Below are positions 29,151 to 39,333 of a stretch of 64,000 nt of DNA, piece after piece. Numbering within the stretch: position 1 is the first letter of the stretch; every line of letters begins with the position of its first letter. The notes beneath the pieces are model-generated. The model saw nothing but the letters and a program-made list of their open reading frames with translations, searched no databases and was not told the origin of the DNA. The DNA comes from Candidatus Bathyarchaeota archaeon (GTDB taxonomy: Archaea; Thermoproteota; Bathyarchaeia; Bathyarchaeales; Bathycorpusculaceae): assembly GCA_963833575.1 (NCBI GenBank), contig CAWHXY010000008.1, forward strand, positions 96,001-160,000. The letters are read 5' to 3'. The position numbers and the translations under genes are program-made.

Positions 29151-30605
29151 ATGCATCAACGTATGCTTGTGAACTGTTGGAAGCATGACAAATGGGGAAT
29201 CGCCTTTGGCACACAAACAGCAACAACCAAACCAGCTGATCCCCTAAAAATCAAAAAAATCAAATTATCCCAACAACCCCTCGAAATATTCTCAAAACTC
29301 CAAAAACAATACCAAACAACCTACCTTCTAGAATCCATCGAAGGACCAGAAAAACTAGCCCAATATTCATTCATCGGCTTTGACCCAAGAACAACCATTC
29401 AATGCACGCATGGAAAAGTGGAAATTAGAAACACAAAAACTGGTGGTTGTTTTACCCAAACAACAAAGGATCCACTGCAACTTATTGAAAACCTCCTAAA
29501 AGACGATACCTTAACAGATAGCGAACTCCGGTTTGTTGGAGGTGCAGTCGGTTACATCTCTTATGATGCAGTGCGTTACTGGGAAAAGCTCCCAGAAAAA
29601 TCACCTGACGATCTGGGGTTCCCTGACTTGGAAATGGGCATATTTGACGATGGATTTATCTTCAATCACCTGCAAAAACAGGCTTTCTACTATTACCGAG
29701 GCGAAGACCGCCTACCTGAAGTCGAAAGCTTGCTAAAGCAAACCGTTGAAACGGAAGAATTAGCTTTCACTCAACCTAAAGTAAATACAAAAAAAGAAAG
29801 CTATGAACGAGCAGTTGAAAAAGCAAAAGAATACATCATCGCAGGAGACATCTTCCAAGTTGTGCTCTCTAAACGCTACCAACTAGAAATTGACGGCAGC
29901 CTAATTCCATTTTATCAAGCATTACGAAGAATTAACCCTTCACCCTACATGTATTTCTACAAGTCAGGCGACCGTCAAATTGTAGGTTCTAGCCCCGAGA
30001 TGCTTGTTCGAGTTGAAAACAGAATTGTTGAGACTTTCCCCATTGCCGGCACAAAACCCATTGCCGATGACCCAATAGAAAACAACAAATTAGCTTGTGA
30101 ACTGCTGACTGATCCCAAGGAATGCGCTGAGCACGTTATGCTTGTTGATTTAGCACGTAACGATGTTGGCAAAATTTCCAAGTATGGAAGCGTTCACGTA
30201 GCTGAATTCATGAAAGTCCACAAGTACAGTCATGTACAACATATTGTATCACAAGTAGTAGGCGAATTGAAAGAAAATCTTCAAAGTTATGATGCTTTGA
30301 GGGCTGTTTTTCCGGCTGGAACGGTTTCTGGAGCACCAAAAGTACGTGCAATGGAAATAATCGATGAACTTGAGCCAGCGAAGCGTGGACCTTATGCAGG
30401 AGCTGTAGGCTATTTCTCATACAACGGTAATGCCGACTTCGCCATAACTATCCGCACTCTGTTCGCTGACAAAAACCAAGCGTACATTCAAGCTGGCGCC
30501 GGAATCGTAGCTGATTCAATTCCGGAACGTGAGTGGTTTGAAACCGATCACAAAGCCAAAGCGTTGATGGAGGCTCTTGAAAGGTCACGAGGCGCTAAAG
30601 CATGA
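29151..30605 (+). CDS. trpE: Anthranilate synthase component I (5' end uncertain)
   Basis: LLESIEG..AQYSFIG, GGAVGYISYD, NPSPYM, GSSPE, KECAEHVMLVDLARND, PAGTVSGAPK. Confidence 0.93.
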   Translation: MHQRMLVNCWKHDKWGIAFGTQTATTKPADPLKIKKIKLSQQPLEIFSKLQKQYQTTYLLESIEGPEKLAQYSFIGFDPRTTIQCTHGKVEIRNTKTGGCFTQTTKDPLQLIENLLKDDTLTDSELRFVGGAVGYISYDAVRYWEKLPEKSPDDLGFPDLEMGIFDDGFIFNHLQKQAFYYYRGEDRLPEVESLLKQTVETEELAFTQPKVNTKKESYERAVEKAKEYIIAGDIFQVVLSKRYQLEIDGSLIPFYQALRRINPSPYMYFYKSGDRQIVGSSPEMLVRVENRIVETFPIAGTKPIADDPIENNKLACELLTDPKECAEHVMLVDLARNDVGKISKYGSVHVAEFMKVHKYSHVQHIVSQVVGELKENLQSYDALRAVFPAGTVSGAPKVRAMEIIDELEPAKRGPYAGAVGYFSYNGNADFAITIRTLFADKNQAYIQAGAGIVADSIPEREWFETDHKAKALMEALERSRGAKA

Positions 30606-31192
30606 AGGTACTTGTGATCGATAACTATGATTCATTCGTTTACAATCTTGTACAGTACATAGGTGAACTCGACGCAGAAGTCATAGTTTACCGCAATAAC
30701 GAGGTAACACTAAAACAGCTAAATGAGCTTAAACCAGATCGAATTGTAATTTCTCCAGGCCCCGGCAGACCTGAGGATGACCGGTATTTTGGCGTTTGCA
30801 CAAACATTCTGCAGAATATGAGCCAGACTATTCCAACTTTAGGAGTCTGCTTAGGTCACCAAGGCATAATCAATGCCTACGGCGGAAAAATTGTGCATGC
30901 AAAGCGGCTTTTGCACGGCAAAACCTGCACGATAAAACATGACCAAAAAGGAATATTTGATGGTGTTAGAAATCCTTTTACAGCGACAAGATATCATTCC
31001 CTTGCTGGTGAACGATGTTCTATTCCTTCATGCTTGGAAATTTCTGCAGAATGCATCGATGACGGCGAAATTATGGGGGTTAGACACATCAAATTCCCGA
31101 TTGACGGGGTGCAATTTCATCCTGAATCTATTCTCTGCGAAGATGGCAAACTAATAATTAAAAACTTCTTAGATAGGAAGCGATCGCCGTGA
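30602..31192 (+). CDS. trpG: Anthranilate synthase component II (glutamine amidotransferase)
   Basis: IDNYDSFVYNL, SPGPG, GVCLGHQ, RYHSL, QFHPES. Confidence 0.96.
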   Translation: MKVLVIDNYDSFVYNLVQYIGELDAEVIVYRNNEVTLKQLNELKPDRIVISPGPGRPEDDRYFGVCTNILQNMSQTIPTLGVCLGHQGIINAYGGKIVHAKRLLHGKTCTIKHDQKGIFDGVRNPFTATRYHSLAGERCSIPSCLEISAECIDDGEIMGVRHIKFPIDGVQFHPESILCEDGKLIIKNFLDRKRSP

Positions 31193-32250
31193 TTAGGGAA
31201 GGCATACAGAAACTCATTGAAGGTTACAGCCTAACTAGTGGGGAATCAGGAGAAATAATGCGTGAGGTCATGTCGGGCAAAGCAACTAACTCGCAGACAG
31301 CGGCCTTTCTAACTGCATTGCGAATGAAGGGCGAAGCTGTTGAGGAACTCATCGCGTTCGCGTCCGTAATGCGAGAACACGGTAGCCAAATACATCCCCA
31401 TGTAGAAAACCGTTTAGTCGATACATGTGGAACAGGGGGAGATAAAATAAAAACTTTCAACGTGAGCACAACGGCTGCCTTTGTTATTGCAGGAGCTGGA
31501 GTTGCAGTTGCTAAACATGGAAATAGAGCGGTCACGAGTAAATGCGGAAGCGCCGACGTACTTGAAAGGCTCGGTCTTAACCTTAACTTGGAGCCAAAAG
31601 CAGTGGAGCGTATTATAGAAAAAGTTGGGGTGGGTTTTATGTTTGCTCCTGCTTTCAATCCAGCCATGAAGTATGCAGTTGAGCCGAGAAGTGAAATCGG
31701 CATTCGTACCGTATTCAATCTTCTTGGGCCGTTAACTAATCCGGCATGCGCTAATGCCCAATTACTCGGTGTCTACGACGCTAAACTGGTAACACCGATG
31801 GCTTATGCACTACAGCAGCTGGGATGTGAAGAAGCCATGGTTGTCCACGGAATAGACGGCTTAGACGAAGTATCAACTGTCGGCAACACAGCTATTGCAC
31901 ATTTAAGATCCGGAGAAGTCACAGAACTTGAAGTCTCTCCTGCTGATTTTGGAGTCAAAAGAGCCTGTGCCACCGATCTAAAAGTAGCGACGCTTGAAGA
32001 AAGCGCTGAAACTCTTTTCAAAATTCTCAGCGGCAACCTAACTCACGGTCACCCTAAAATGGAGTTTGTTCTTGTTAATAGTGTCGCAGGATTAATGGTT
32101 GGTGGAAAAGCGGATGACTTTGAAAGCGGCATGGAGATAGCTCGAGAATCAATTGACAGCGGCGCTGCCTACAGAAAGTTTAAGACTTTGATTAAGGGTT
32201 CAGGCGGAAATCTGCAGAAACTTGAGGAGTTGGAAGCAAAATATGACTGA
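31189..32250 (+). CDS. trpD: Anthranilate phosphoribosyltransferase
   Basis: DTCGTGGD, FNVST, AKHGNRAVTSKCGSAD, NLLGPLTNP, DGLDE. Confidence 0.96.
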   Translation: MIREGIQKLIEGYSLTSGESGEIMREVMSGKATNSQTAAFLTALRMKGEAVEELIAFASVMREHGSQIHPHVENRLVDTCGTGGDKIKTFNVSTTAAFVIAGAGVAVAKHGNRAVTSKCGSADVLERLGLNLNLEPKAVERIIEKVGVGFMFAPAFNPAMKYAVEPRSEIGIRTVFNLLGPLTNPACANAQLLGVYDAKLVTPMAYALQQLGCEEAMVVHGIDGLDEVSTVGNTAIAHLRSGEVTELEVSPADFGVKRACATDLKVATLEESAETLFKILSGNLTHGHPKMEFVLVNSVAGLMVGGKADDFESGMEIARESIDSGAAYRKFKTLIKGSGGNLQKLEELEAKYD

Positions 32251-33019
32251 TTATCTTGACGTACTGGCTCGCGTTGCCCAAATTACCATTAATAGTGAAT
32301 ATTATGAAAATCTAAAGCCAGCGGAAATCGTGCGGGTCAGTTTAAAGAAAGCAATTTTAGATTCCAAAGTTAACGCGGTTATCGCTGAAATTAAATCTGC
32401 TTCGCCCTCTGCTGGACTAATCCGAAAAGACATTAACCCAAGTGTTATTGCAAAAGATATGCAAAAAGGCGGAGCAACAGCCTTATCGGTATTAACTGAA
32501 CCAAAACAGTTCAGCGGATCCTTAGACGCTTTGGTTCAAACAAGAAAAGCAGTGAAGCTGCCCATCCTTATGAAGGACATAATCCTAAGCCCTCTACAAA
32601 TTCAAGCGGCATCAAAACTCGGAGCCAACGCCGTCTTGCTAATTAAAGCCCTTTTTGATCGAGGGTACAGCGAGAAAAGTCTAGATGAAATGATAAATGG
32701 GGCTCATCTACTTGGACTTGAAGTTTTGCTTGAAACCCACACCCTGTCTGAGTTTTGCTCTGTCTTGAAAACTGATGCTGATTTAATTGGAATAAATAAC
32801 CGTAACCTGGCAACATTAAAAGTTGATTTGAACCAAACGAAAACAATCCTTTCGTCAATAAAACCTGAAGATAAAGTTATTGTTAGCGAAAGCGGAATGA
32901 AAACGCCAAGCGACATACGTTTTCTCCGTGAAAGCGGTGCAGGTGCTTTCCTTATCGGATCAACGATAATGTCATCAGACAACGTTGAAGCGAAAGTTAG
33001 GGAGTTTGTGAATGCATAA
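32243..33019 (+). CDS. trpC: Indole-3-glycerol-phosphate synthase
   Basis: [33 protein letters not shown]; start at ATG 32243. Confidence 0.95.
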   Translation: MTDYLDVLARVAQITINSEYYENLKPAEIVRVSLKKAILDSKVNAVIAEIKSASPSAGLIRKDINPSVIAKDMQKGGATALSVLTEPKQFSGSLDALVQTRKAVKLPILMKDIILSPLQIQAASKLGANAVLLIKALFDRGYSEKSLDEMINGAHLLGLEVLLETHTLSEFCSVLKTDADLIGINNRNLATLKVDLNQTKTILSSIKPEDKVIVSESGMKTPSDIRFLRESGAGAFLIGSTIMSSDNVEAKVREFVNA

Positions 33020-34215
33020 TGAAAATAACCAATTATCCAGTTGACGGAAAATATGGGAAGTATGGTGGTCGCTTTGTTCCAGAAGTTTTGATGACTGCAA
33101 TTAAAGAGTTGGAAGAAGCCTACAAAAAAGCCTGCAAAGACCCCAATTTCCAAAAGGAACTTGAATGTTACCTATCAGAATTTGTCGGAAGACCCACACC
33201 ACTCTACTATGCAGAAAACTTGACTTCTAAACTTGGTGGCGCGAAAATCTACCTTAAACGCGAAGACTTGGCCCATGGCGGCGCTCATAAAATTAACAAT
33301 ACAATCGGTCAAGCATTATTAGCGAAGCGAATGGGCAAAACCCGCATTATCGCTGAGACAGGAGCCGGCCAACACGGCGTAGCTACAGCCATAGCATGCG
33401 CAGTCTTAGGATTAAAAGCTGAAGTATATATGGGCACAGAAGACTGCCAGCGCCAACGTCTCAATGTGTTTCGCATGAAACTTCTAAATGCCCAAGTGCA
33501 CCCTGTGGAAACTGGCTCAAAAACACTCAAGGACTCAATAAACGAGGCTTTTAGGGACTGGGTTACAAACTTAGAGAACACATATTACTTAATCGGTTCA
33601 GTGGTTGGTCCTCATCCATACCCAATGATTGTTAGGGATTTCCAAAGTGTAATCGGCAAAGAACTCAAAGAACAATTCTACAAAAAAGAAGGCAAACTAC
33701 CTGATGCACTGGTTGCATGCGTTGGTGGCGGAAGCAATGCAATAGGTACGTTCTATCCTTTTGAAGATGATGAATCGGTTAACCTTTATGGTGTGGAAGC
33801 AGCTGGCGAAGGCATATCGACAGGTAAACATGCAGCATCTCTCGGAGCGGGAACAGAAGGCGTCTTCCACGGGATGCTAACCTATATCCTCCAAGACAGT
33901 AACGGACAAATTCAAAACACAAGCAGCGTATCAGCGGGTTTAGACTACCCTGGCGTTGGACCAGAACACTCCTTGCTTAAAACAATCAAAAGAGCACAAT
34001 ACGTTTCAGCCACAGACAAGGAAGCAGTAGACGCCTTCCTAATCTTGTCTAAAGCGGAAGGAATCTTGCCCGCGTTGGAATCCTCGCATGCAGTAGCTTA
34101 TGCTATGAAGTTAGCTGGGCAAATGAAGAGAACTCAATCAATCGTGGTCACCTTATCTGGGCGGGGGGACAAAGATGTTGAAACCATAGCCGATTACATT
34201 GGAGCGAAAATATGA
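33019..34215 (+). CDS. trpB: Tryptophan synthase beta chain (TrpB1)
   Basis: [52 protein letters not shown]. Confidence 0.97.
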   Translation: MKITNYPVDGKYGKYGGRFVPEVLMTAIKELEEAYKKACKDPNFQKELECYLSEFVGRPTPLYYAENLTSKLGGAKIYLKREDLAHGGAHKINNTIGQALLAKRMGKTRIIAETGAGQHGVATAIACAVLGLKAEVYMGTEDCQRQRLNVFRMKLLNAQVHPVETGSKTLKDSINEAFRDWVTNLENTYYLIGSVVGPHPYPMIVRDFQSVIGKELKEQFYKKEGKLPDALVACVGGGSNAIGTFYPFEDDESVNLYGVEAAGEGISTGKHAASLGAGTEGVFHGMLTYILQDSNGQIQNTSSVSAGLDYPGVGPEHSLLKTIKRAQYVSATDKEAVDAFLILSKAEGILPALESSHAVAYAMKLAGQMKRTQSIVVTLSGRGDKDVETIADYIGAKI

Positions 34216-35024
34216 ACGCTATAAAGGAAGCATTCGCAAGAGCCAAGGCTCATGGAAACGGAGCACTCATAGGTTATATCATGGCTGGTGACCCAAACCC
34301 AGAATTTACACCCAAAATTGCAGATGCCCTAATCAAGGGAGGCGTAGACATTTTAGAGCTTGGTCTTCCCTTCTCTGACCCAATTGCTGACGGACCAGCA
34401 ATTCAAGCTGCAGGCGTACGCGCCCTAGCCGCAGGAACAACACCATCTAAAGTGTTACAGCTTGCTAAGGAAATACGTCAAAGCCATGATGTGCCAATTG
34501 TAATAATGACATACTATAACCCAGTTTTCAGAATGGGGCTTGAGGCGTTCTTCAGTTTGGCTAAGGAATGCAAGATTGATGGCGTTATAGTTCCTGATTT
34601 GCCAGTTGAGGAAGCAGGTGACTACAAAAAAGTATCAAACAAATTTGGCATAGACACAATTTTTTTGGCGGCGCCTTCGACCTCCAACGAGAGAATAGCG
34701 AGCATCATAGCTTGTTCTTCAGGTTTTCTGTATCTCGTTTCCCATTTCGGAGTTACAGGAACAAAAGCGGAAATAGAGGATTCAACTATTCAGCTAATCA
34801 AACGTGTTTTGCCCCTCACCTCTGGAAAAATTCCTTTAGCGGTTGGATTTGGGGTCTCAAAGGCCAACCATGTTAAGCAGATCATTTTGGCAGGGGCGGA
34901 CGGAGTAATTGTTGGAACCGCATTTATCAACATAGTCCAAACACATCAAAAAAACATCAACGTTCTCCTAAAAGAACTGCAAGCAACCACATTTCACCTA
35001 AAGAGAGCAACAAAAAATCATTGA
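34212..35024 (+). CDS. trpA: Tryptophan synthase alpha chain
   Basis: [38 protein letters not shown]. Confidence 0.97.
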   Translation: MNAIKEAFARAKAHGNGALIGYIMAGDPNPEFTPKIADALIKGGVDILELGLPFSDPIADGPAIQAAGVRALAAGTTPSKVLQLAKEIRQSHDVPIVIMTYYNPVFRMGLEAFFSLAKECKIDGVIVPDLPVEEAGDYKKVSNKFGIDTIFLAAPSTSNERIASIIACSSGFLYLVSHFGVTGTKAEIEDSTIQLIKRVLPLTSGKIPLAVGFGVSKANHVKQIILAGADGVIVGTAFINIVQTHQKNINVLLKELQATTFHLKRATKNH

Positions 35025-35254
35025 ATTATTCATTTGAATTTGAAATTTATCAGATTAGCTTTGGATCTTCGGAGTTTTTATTATGGATGTTCACCACAAA
35101 TGCATATGGCTTGCATCTATTATCAGAAAAAATTACAGCGACAAGTAACGTGATATTATTTGTATTCATAGTGTAACAAGAGTTTATTGAATTTCAAAGC
35201 GTAGATAGGTATGAACCTTTTAGCTCATGTTGAGAGTAAGGCAATTTAATTCGG

Positions 35255-35392
35255 CTAATTTGTGTTGTCAAGTGTCATTTCTATTAGTTGAATTTCTTCA
35301 GTGATTTGAACTTCTTCTTTTTTCAACCTTGTTAGCTGTCTTTGTTTTGATTCCCTGTCATTGCTTCTTAGTATTTTTATCATTTTTGACAT
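35255..35392 (-). CDS. Small (45 aa) coiled-coil protein
   Basis: Read by hand: MSKMIKILRSNDRESKQRQLTRLKKEEVQITEEIQLIEMTLDNTN, preceded by an SD-like GGGGTGG. Confidence 0.45.
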   Translation of the reverse strand: MSKMIKILRSNDRESKQRQLTRLKKEEVQITEEIQLIEMTLDNTN

Positions 35393-35622
35393 TTTACCAC
35401 CCCTAGTGTATATCGAATCGTGATAGTTACTACTATATTAAGCATTGCTGTTTGGTAAACTAACCGTATAAGTGAAGGACACAACTACACTTTCTAAAAC
35501 AAATTGGCTTTCTGCATTTGTGTAGCACACAAGGACACGTAGATCACTTATCAGAAATACTTATTAGTGCTATATAATATCGCAATATATAAGATATAAA
35601 AAATTATCAAAAGAACTTTAGA

Positions 35623-36468
35623 GTGAACAAAAAAATGAAAATCAAACAAAAACTCCTCCTTTCATACCTAATTATAATAGCCCTTTTTGTTGCAGCAGGT
35701 GCAACAATTACATATAATGCAATGCAAATGAATGAACTGCAAAAAAACGTGAAGCAGCAACAAGAGATAAACGACAACGCGTATAACTATCAACAAGGAC
35801 TTGACGAAAAACAGTTTGGCACCCTGATGTTCAGCACAGACCAACTACAAGAAGGCGAACGAATTGTTGTAGCTAGCGCAGACCAGCAAGCAACATCACA
35901 AACTTATCTATCAAAAGCCTTAAGCGCAAACACTGACCTTATCACCCAGTTTAATGATGTAATCGCGATAGACAATAACACAATTAACCCAGCAATCAGA
36001 CAAATAGTGCAAATATACAATAGCGATCTTAACTCTACTGCAAAATACCCTCAAATTTGGGACCAAATGACTGGTGTTATGAATGCGACAAATGTAGCTG
36101 ACCTTAAACTCGCTGCAATTAGAACAGACACCCAAGCGAACGTGCAAAACGCTGTTGCTACCTCCCAAAACTACTCTAACTTGAGCATCATCATCGCAGT
36201 TGTATTCATTCTTATCATAAGTGTAACTTCAGTGGCGTTGTCAATAGTAATGGGTAACCGTATCACTAACCCACTCAAAAAACTCGCAAACATCGCTGAC
36301 AAAGTAACCCAAGGAGATCTGGACCAAAGATATTACCTTAAACAAAATACGGACGCCAAAAACAGAGACGAAATAGATGACCTTGCTGACTCCTTCAAGA
36401 AAATGATAAATGCCTTCAGAATGCAAGATGCATTACTCAAAGAAGATGAAGGTACTGGCGCAAAATGA
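35623..36468 (+). CDS. Membrane sensor: TM, four-helix extracellular domain, TM, HAMP; no cytoplasmic output domain
   Basis: MKIKQKLLLSY chemoreceptor-like start, ITNPLKKL...GDL...DEIDDLADSFKKM HAMP; protein ends ~20 aa later. Confidence 0.85.
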   Translation: MNKKMKIKQKLLLSYLIIIALFVAAGATITYNAMQMNELQKNVKQQQEINDNAYNYQQGLDEKQFGTLMFSTDQLQEGERIVVASADQQATSQTYLSKALSANTDLITQFNDVIAIDNNTINPAIRQIVQIYNSDLNSTAKYPQIWDQMTGVMNATNVADLKLAAIRTDTQANVQNAVATSQNYSNLSIIIAVVFILIISVTSVALSIVMGNRITNPLKKLANIADKVTQGDLDQRYYLKQNTDAKNRDEIDDLADSFKKMINAFRMQDALLKEDEGTGAK

Positions 36469-36689
36469 CTTTAGAACATGATTGTATAACAGTACTTACG
36501 AAACAAATGGGTCCAGCCGCCAAAGTTTTTTTAGACCGTCAATGTCGGCATCATTTAAGAAAAGAAGCATCTGAACTTCAGAAAGATGATCTTCCTGAAC
36601 TTGCAAAATTATGCTTCAACGGTGCTCAGACAGCGCTTGGGGTAGTAGCGGCCGAGAGCATAAAAAAAGGTATTCTGGCAATAGAGTAG
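36465..36689 (+). CDS. Small helical protein (MGPAAKVFLDRQC motif)
   Basis: 74 aa, ATGA-coupled to the HAMP protein, followed by a T-rich terminator-like run. Confidence 0.75.
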   Translation: MTLEHDCITVLTKQMGPAAKVFLDRQCRHHLRKEASELQKDDLPELAKLCFNGAQTALGVVAAESIKKGILAIE

Positions 36690-36819
36690 CCTCCAAAATT
36701 TTTTTCTTTTTGTTGATTTCTAAAAAAGAATCTCGAATATTATTGGTTTATAGCATTTATTTTGTTATAGGTGGTGAGAGTATCAGATTTTCGTTAACAA
36801 AGAAGTGACTTTCTAAAAA

Positions 36820-38004
36820 CTATTTAGCACTTAATTTGACTACGGGTTTTATTATTACTAATGATCCCTCTTTAACCGCCAATTCTTGGCGAATCGACTT
36901 AGGAATTTGAATTCGTCCTTTTCCTTCAAATTTTGAATCCTTTATGAATTTGAACTTACAATGAACAGATTTACCCAAAAGTATATCGTTTATTATTACC
37001 TCTTCAACTTCTCTATCGTCGTAAAACTCTTTCCATCTTTCGATCAAGCTATAATCGAAACGTACCATGTCACTTGCCATTAGACTACTAAAACTGGAGA
37101 GATCCTCAACTATTAATTGACAGGCGGGTGAATCATGTGAAAATTCTATTTTGTAATTCTTTCTTTCAACTTGCTCTTTCGTAGTGCTTTTTGGGGCCTC
37201 TTCTGCTGATTCATTGTCCGTTAGGGGTTTTATGAGAACCTTTGCTCCTTTTTTTATTTGTAAAGTTCGTTGCATCATTTCGGGAATTAAGACTACATTT
37301 CGTAGTTCGCTGTTTGACTCCTTTATTTCTTCAAATTTGCACTCGATGGTTTTTCCCGTGTTCGCTACTTTTAGCATTATTTTATGAATTTTGTTTACTC
37401 CGTAAAGTTCGGTCCAATGACCAATTATTATCAGGTCTAAGCGCACAATGTTATGAGAAGATGTTATCATATCTAATCTGCCAGTATTGTCCACTGCAAA
37501 TTCAGCGAATTCTGAACTTGTAAGCTTCGACTCTAAAGTTTCGCTTTGTTCGGAACTCAGTTTTGACTTGATTTCAACCGTTGGCTTTTGTTTAAGATTC
37601 ATCTGAGGAATTAATTCTATGGATTGATGTTCATTTAGTTCTGCGGTTTCTTTAGGTGGGTTAAGTATGAAGGGAGCCAAAACCTGCGTTAATTTATTGA
37701 TCGTTTCGTTTGTGGCTTCTTTGGACGCAACTGTAGTTAAGAAGTAATCGTTAATGCGGGTAATGTCTACTCTTCCGTTTGTGCTTTGGATGGTCATTGC
37801 CTGTATTCCACCTACAATTTTGGCTTTTTTGTTTATCTCTTCAAAAGCTTCGATTATTTTGTTTCCCTTTTCATCTTTTTCGTACTCATCTGAGACAAGA
37901 ATTTTGCCTTTTTTGAAAAAGAAAGCTTTTGATACGTCTTTGTTGGAGTTTCTTGTTTCTTGTAATGCCTTGGTTAACGCGAAATCGTTCGTGTTTTCAT
38001 CCAT
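36820..38004 (-). CDS. Roadblock/LC7-like N-terminal domain plus two tandem beta-barrel-like repeats
   Basis: N-terminal alpha-beta-beta-alpha-beta-beta-beta pattern (KAFFFKKGKIL...GGIQAMTIQSTNGRVDI..INDYFLTTVAS); two ~90-aa repeats ending IPEMMQRTLQIKKGAKVLIKP and IPKSIRQELAVKEGSLVIIKP. Confidence 0.65.
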   Translation of the reverse strand: MDENTNDFALTKALQETRNSNKDVSKAFFFKKGKILVSDEYEKDEKGNKIIEAFEEINKKAKIVGGIQAMTIQSTNGRVDITRINDYFLTTVASKEATNETINKLTQVLAPFILNPPKETAELNEHQSIELIPQMNLKQKPTVEIKSKLSSEQSETLESKLTSSEFAEFAVDNTGRLDMITSSHNIVRLDLIIIGHWTELYGVNKIHKIMLKVANTGKTIECKFEEIKESNSELRNVVLIPEMMQRTLQIKKGAKVLIKPLTDNESAEEAPKSTTKEQVERKNYKIEFSHDSPACQLIVEDLSSFSSLMASDMVRFDYSLIERWKEFYDDREVEEVIINDILLGKSVHCKFKFIKDSKFEGKGRIQIPKSIRQELAVKEGSLVIIKPVVKLSAK

Positions 38005-38234
38005 TTATTTAGATTCTCCCATTTTCCACTTTGAGCGCCTGTGACGTGTAGCGTTTAGCAAGTATTAATACATACTATTGATATGAATTATAAAAACATT
38101 GCCTTTACCCCCTGGCTTTTGAATTTGTGCAAGTGCTGAAACAGATGGGGTCAAAAAGAAGCCTGTAACATTTGTTAATATATGCGATACACTCTTTTGG
38201 GTGCACTGTTGATCAAAGAATTAAGGAAAAAGAA

Positions 38235-38573
38235 CGTTCACGTAACCCGGCTCCTTCAAGTGGAAAAAACTTTGCTTCACTGCTGAAAACCTTAACCTTA
38301 CAACAAGATTCTGCAGAGTCATATGCATGCCCCTGATGTTTAACAAAAATTGTTGAAGAATGACAGAAGTTAACAAAGAACCTGAAAAGCCCCCAGGGAT
38401 TAGGTGTTCCTAATGAAAACCCAAATAAAGATACTGGAGAATCGATTGCCTGCAACTACCCCCTTGGTTATTTAGAGGCAAGGGAGGCAGATCAAATTCC
38501 TGATGAATGTTGCGTTTGCAAAGATATTGTTGAATACATGCCTAAAAAATGGAAATGCAATTTTGATAAGTGA
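38235..38573 (+). pseudogene. Degraded paralog of the neighbouring Zn-finger gene
   Basis: One frame reads KNFASLLKTLTLQQDSAESYACP*CLTKIVEE*...CNYPLGYLEAREADQIPDECCVCKDIVEYM, with in-frame TGA at 38334 and 38361. Confidence 0.7.
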
Positions 38574-38815
38574 GAACCACCTTTTCTCAACTCATTTTAG
38601 GCTTTTTTGTCAAGCTTAAAGCAAGACCACTTTCTATTCTTCCTGTTCCGACAATAATTTGTATTTTCAAAATATCAGCCTCACCATATTCGGTTAACTT
38701 AACTGTTAAAGAGTCTGTTTTTGAAACACTAAAACTTTGGATTCACGCTATCGCTAAGATTAATGAAGCTCCTGCAAGAATTCTGCAAAAACTGGAAATG
38801 ATACAGACAAAGCAG

Positions 38816-39160
38816 TTATTTTTTGATCATACAATCAATTATTTCTGGGCATAACATACATTCGTCAGGGATTTGCTGTTTTCGTTCTTTCTCTCTTAGG
38901 TAGCCAAAATGGTATTTACAGTTGGATGACTTTTCTTGGGTTTGAACAGGCTTTTCCTCTTCGGCTTCAGTTTCAGGAGTAGCTGTATTTTCCAGTTGTT
39001 TTTTACTCTTAGTTTCAGTAACAGGTATTTCTTCTAAACAATAAGGGCATGTGTTATGAGGTATTTTTGAATCTTTTTGCAGATTTAATGTCTTTAGTGG
39101 TTTATCAAAAACTTTATTGCACGCCTTGTTAGGGCAAGTTATTGTCGTTTCCTCTTCCGT
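38816..39160 (-). CDS. Double Zn-finger small protein (114 aa) with apparent ACG start
   Basis: Absent from the ORF track. TEEETTITCPNKACNKVFDKPLKTLNL...CPYCLEEI...CKYHFGYLREKERKQQIPDECMLCPEIIDCMIKK; the first codon after an in-frame TAA is ACG, 8 nt after GGGGGT. Confidence 0.75.
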   Translation of the reverse strand, partial: TEEETTITCPNKACNKVFDKPLKTLNLQKDSKIPHNTCPYCLEEIPVTETKSKKQLENTATPETEAEEEKPVQTQEKSSNCKYHFGYLREKERKQQIPDECMLCPEIIDCMIKK

Positions 39161-39333
39161 TTAATTTGACCCCCGAAAGACTTCCTTAATATTCAGCATT
39201 AATATGCAATATTAATATTTAATACTTACTATAACTCACACAAAAACATATTCTGTAGTATTGTTAGACACAAGCTTCGTCATACAACATTTCCAAAAGG
39301 ATTATCAACGCAGAGTAAAGAAAGAAAACAGGA

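Noticed and set aside
38334-38363. Selenocysteine read-through of two in-frame TGA codons
   Set aside because: The first TGA aligns with Tyr of CPYC rather than a Cys, the second is in a linker, and other Cys ligands are lost; pseudogene decay is simpler.
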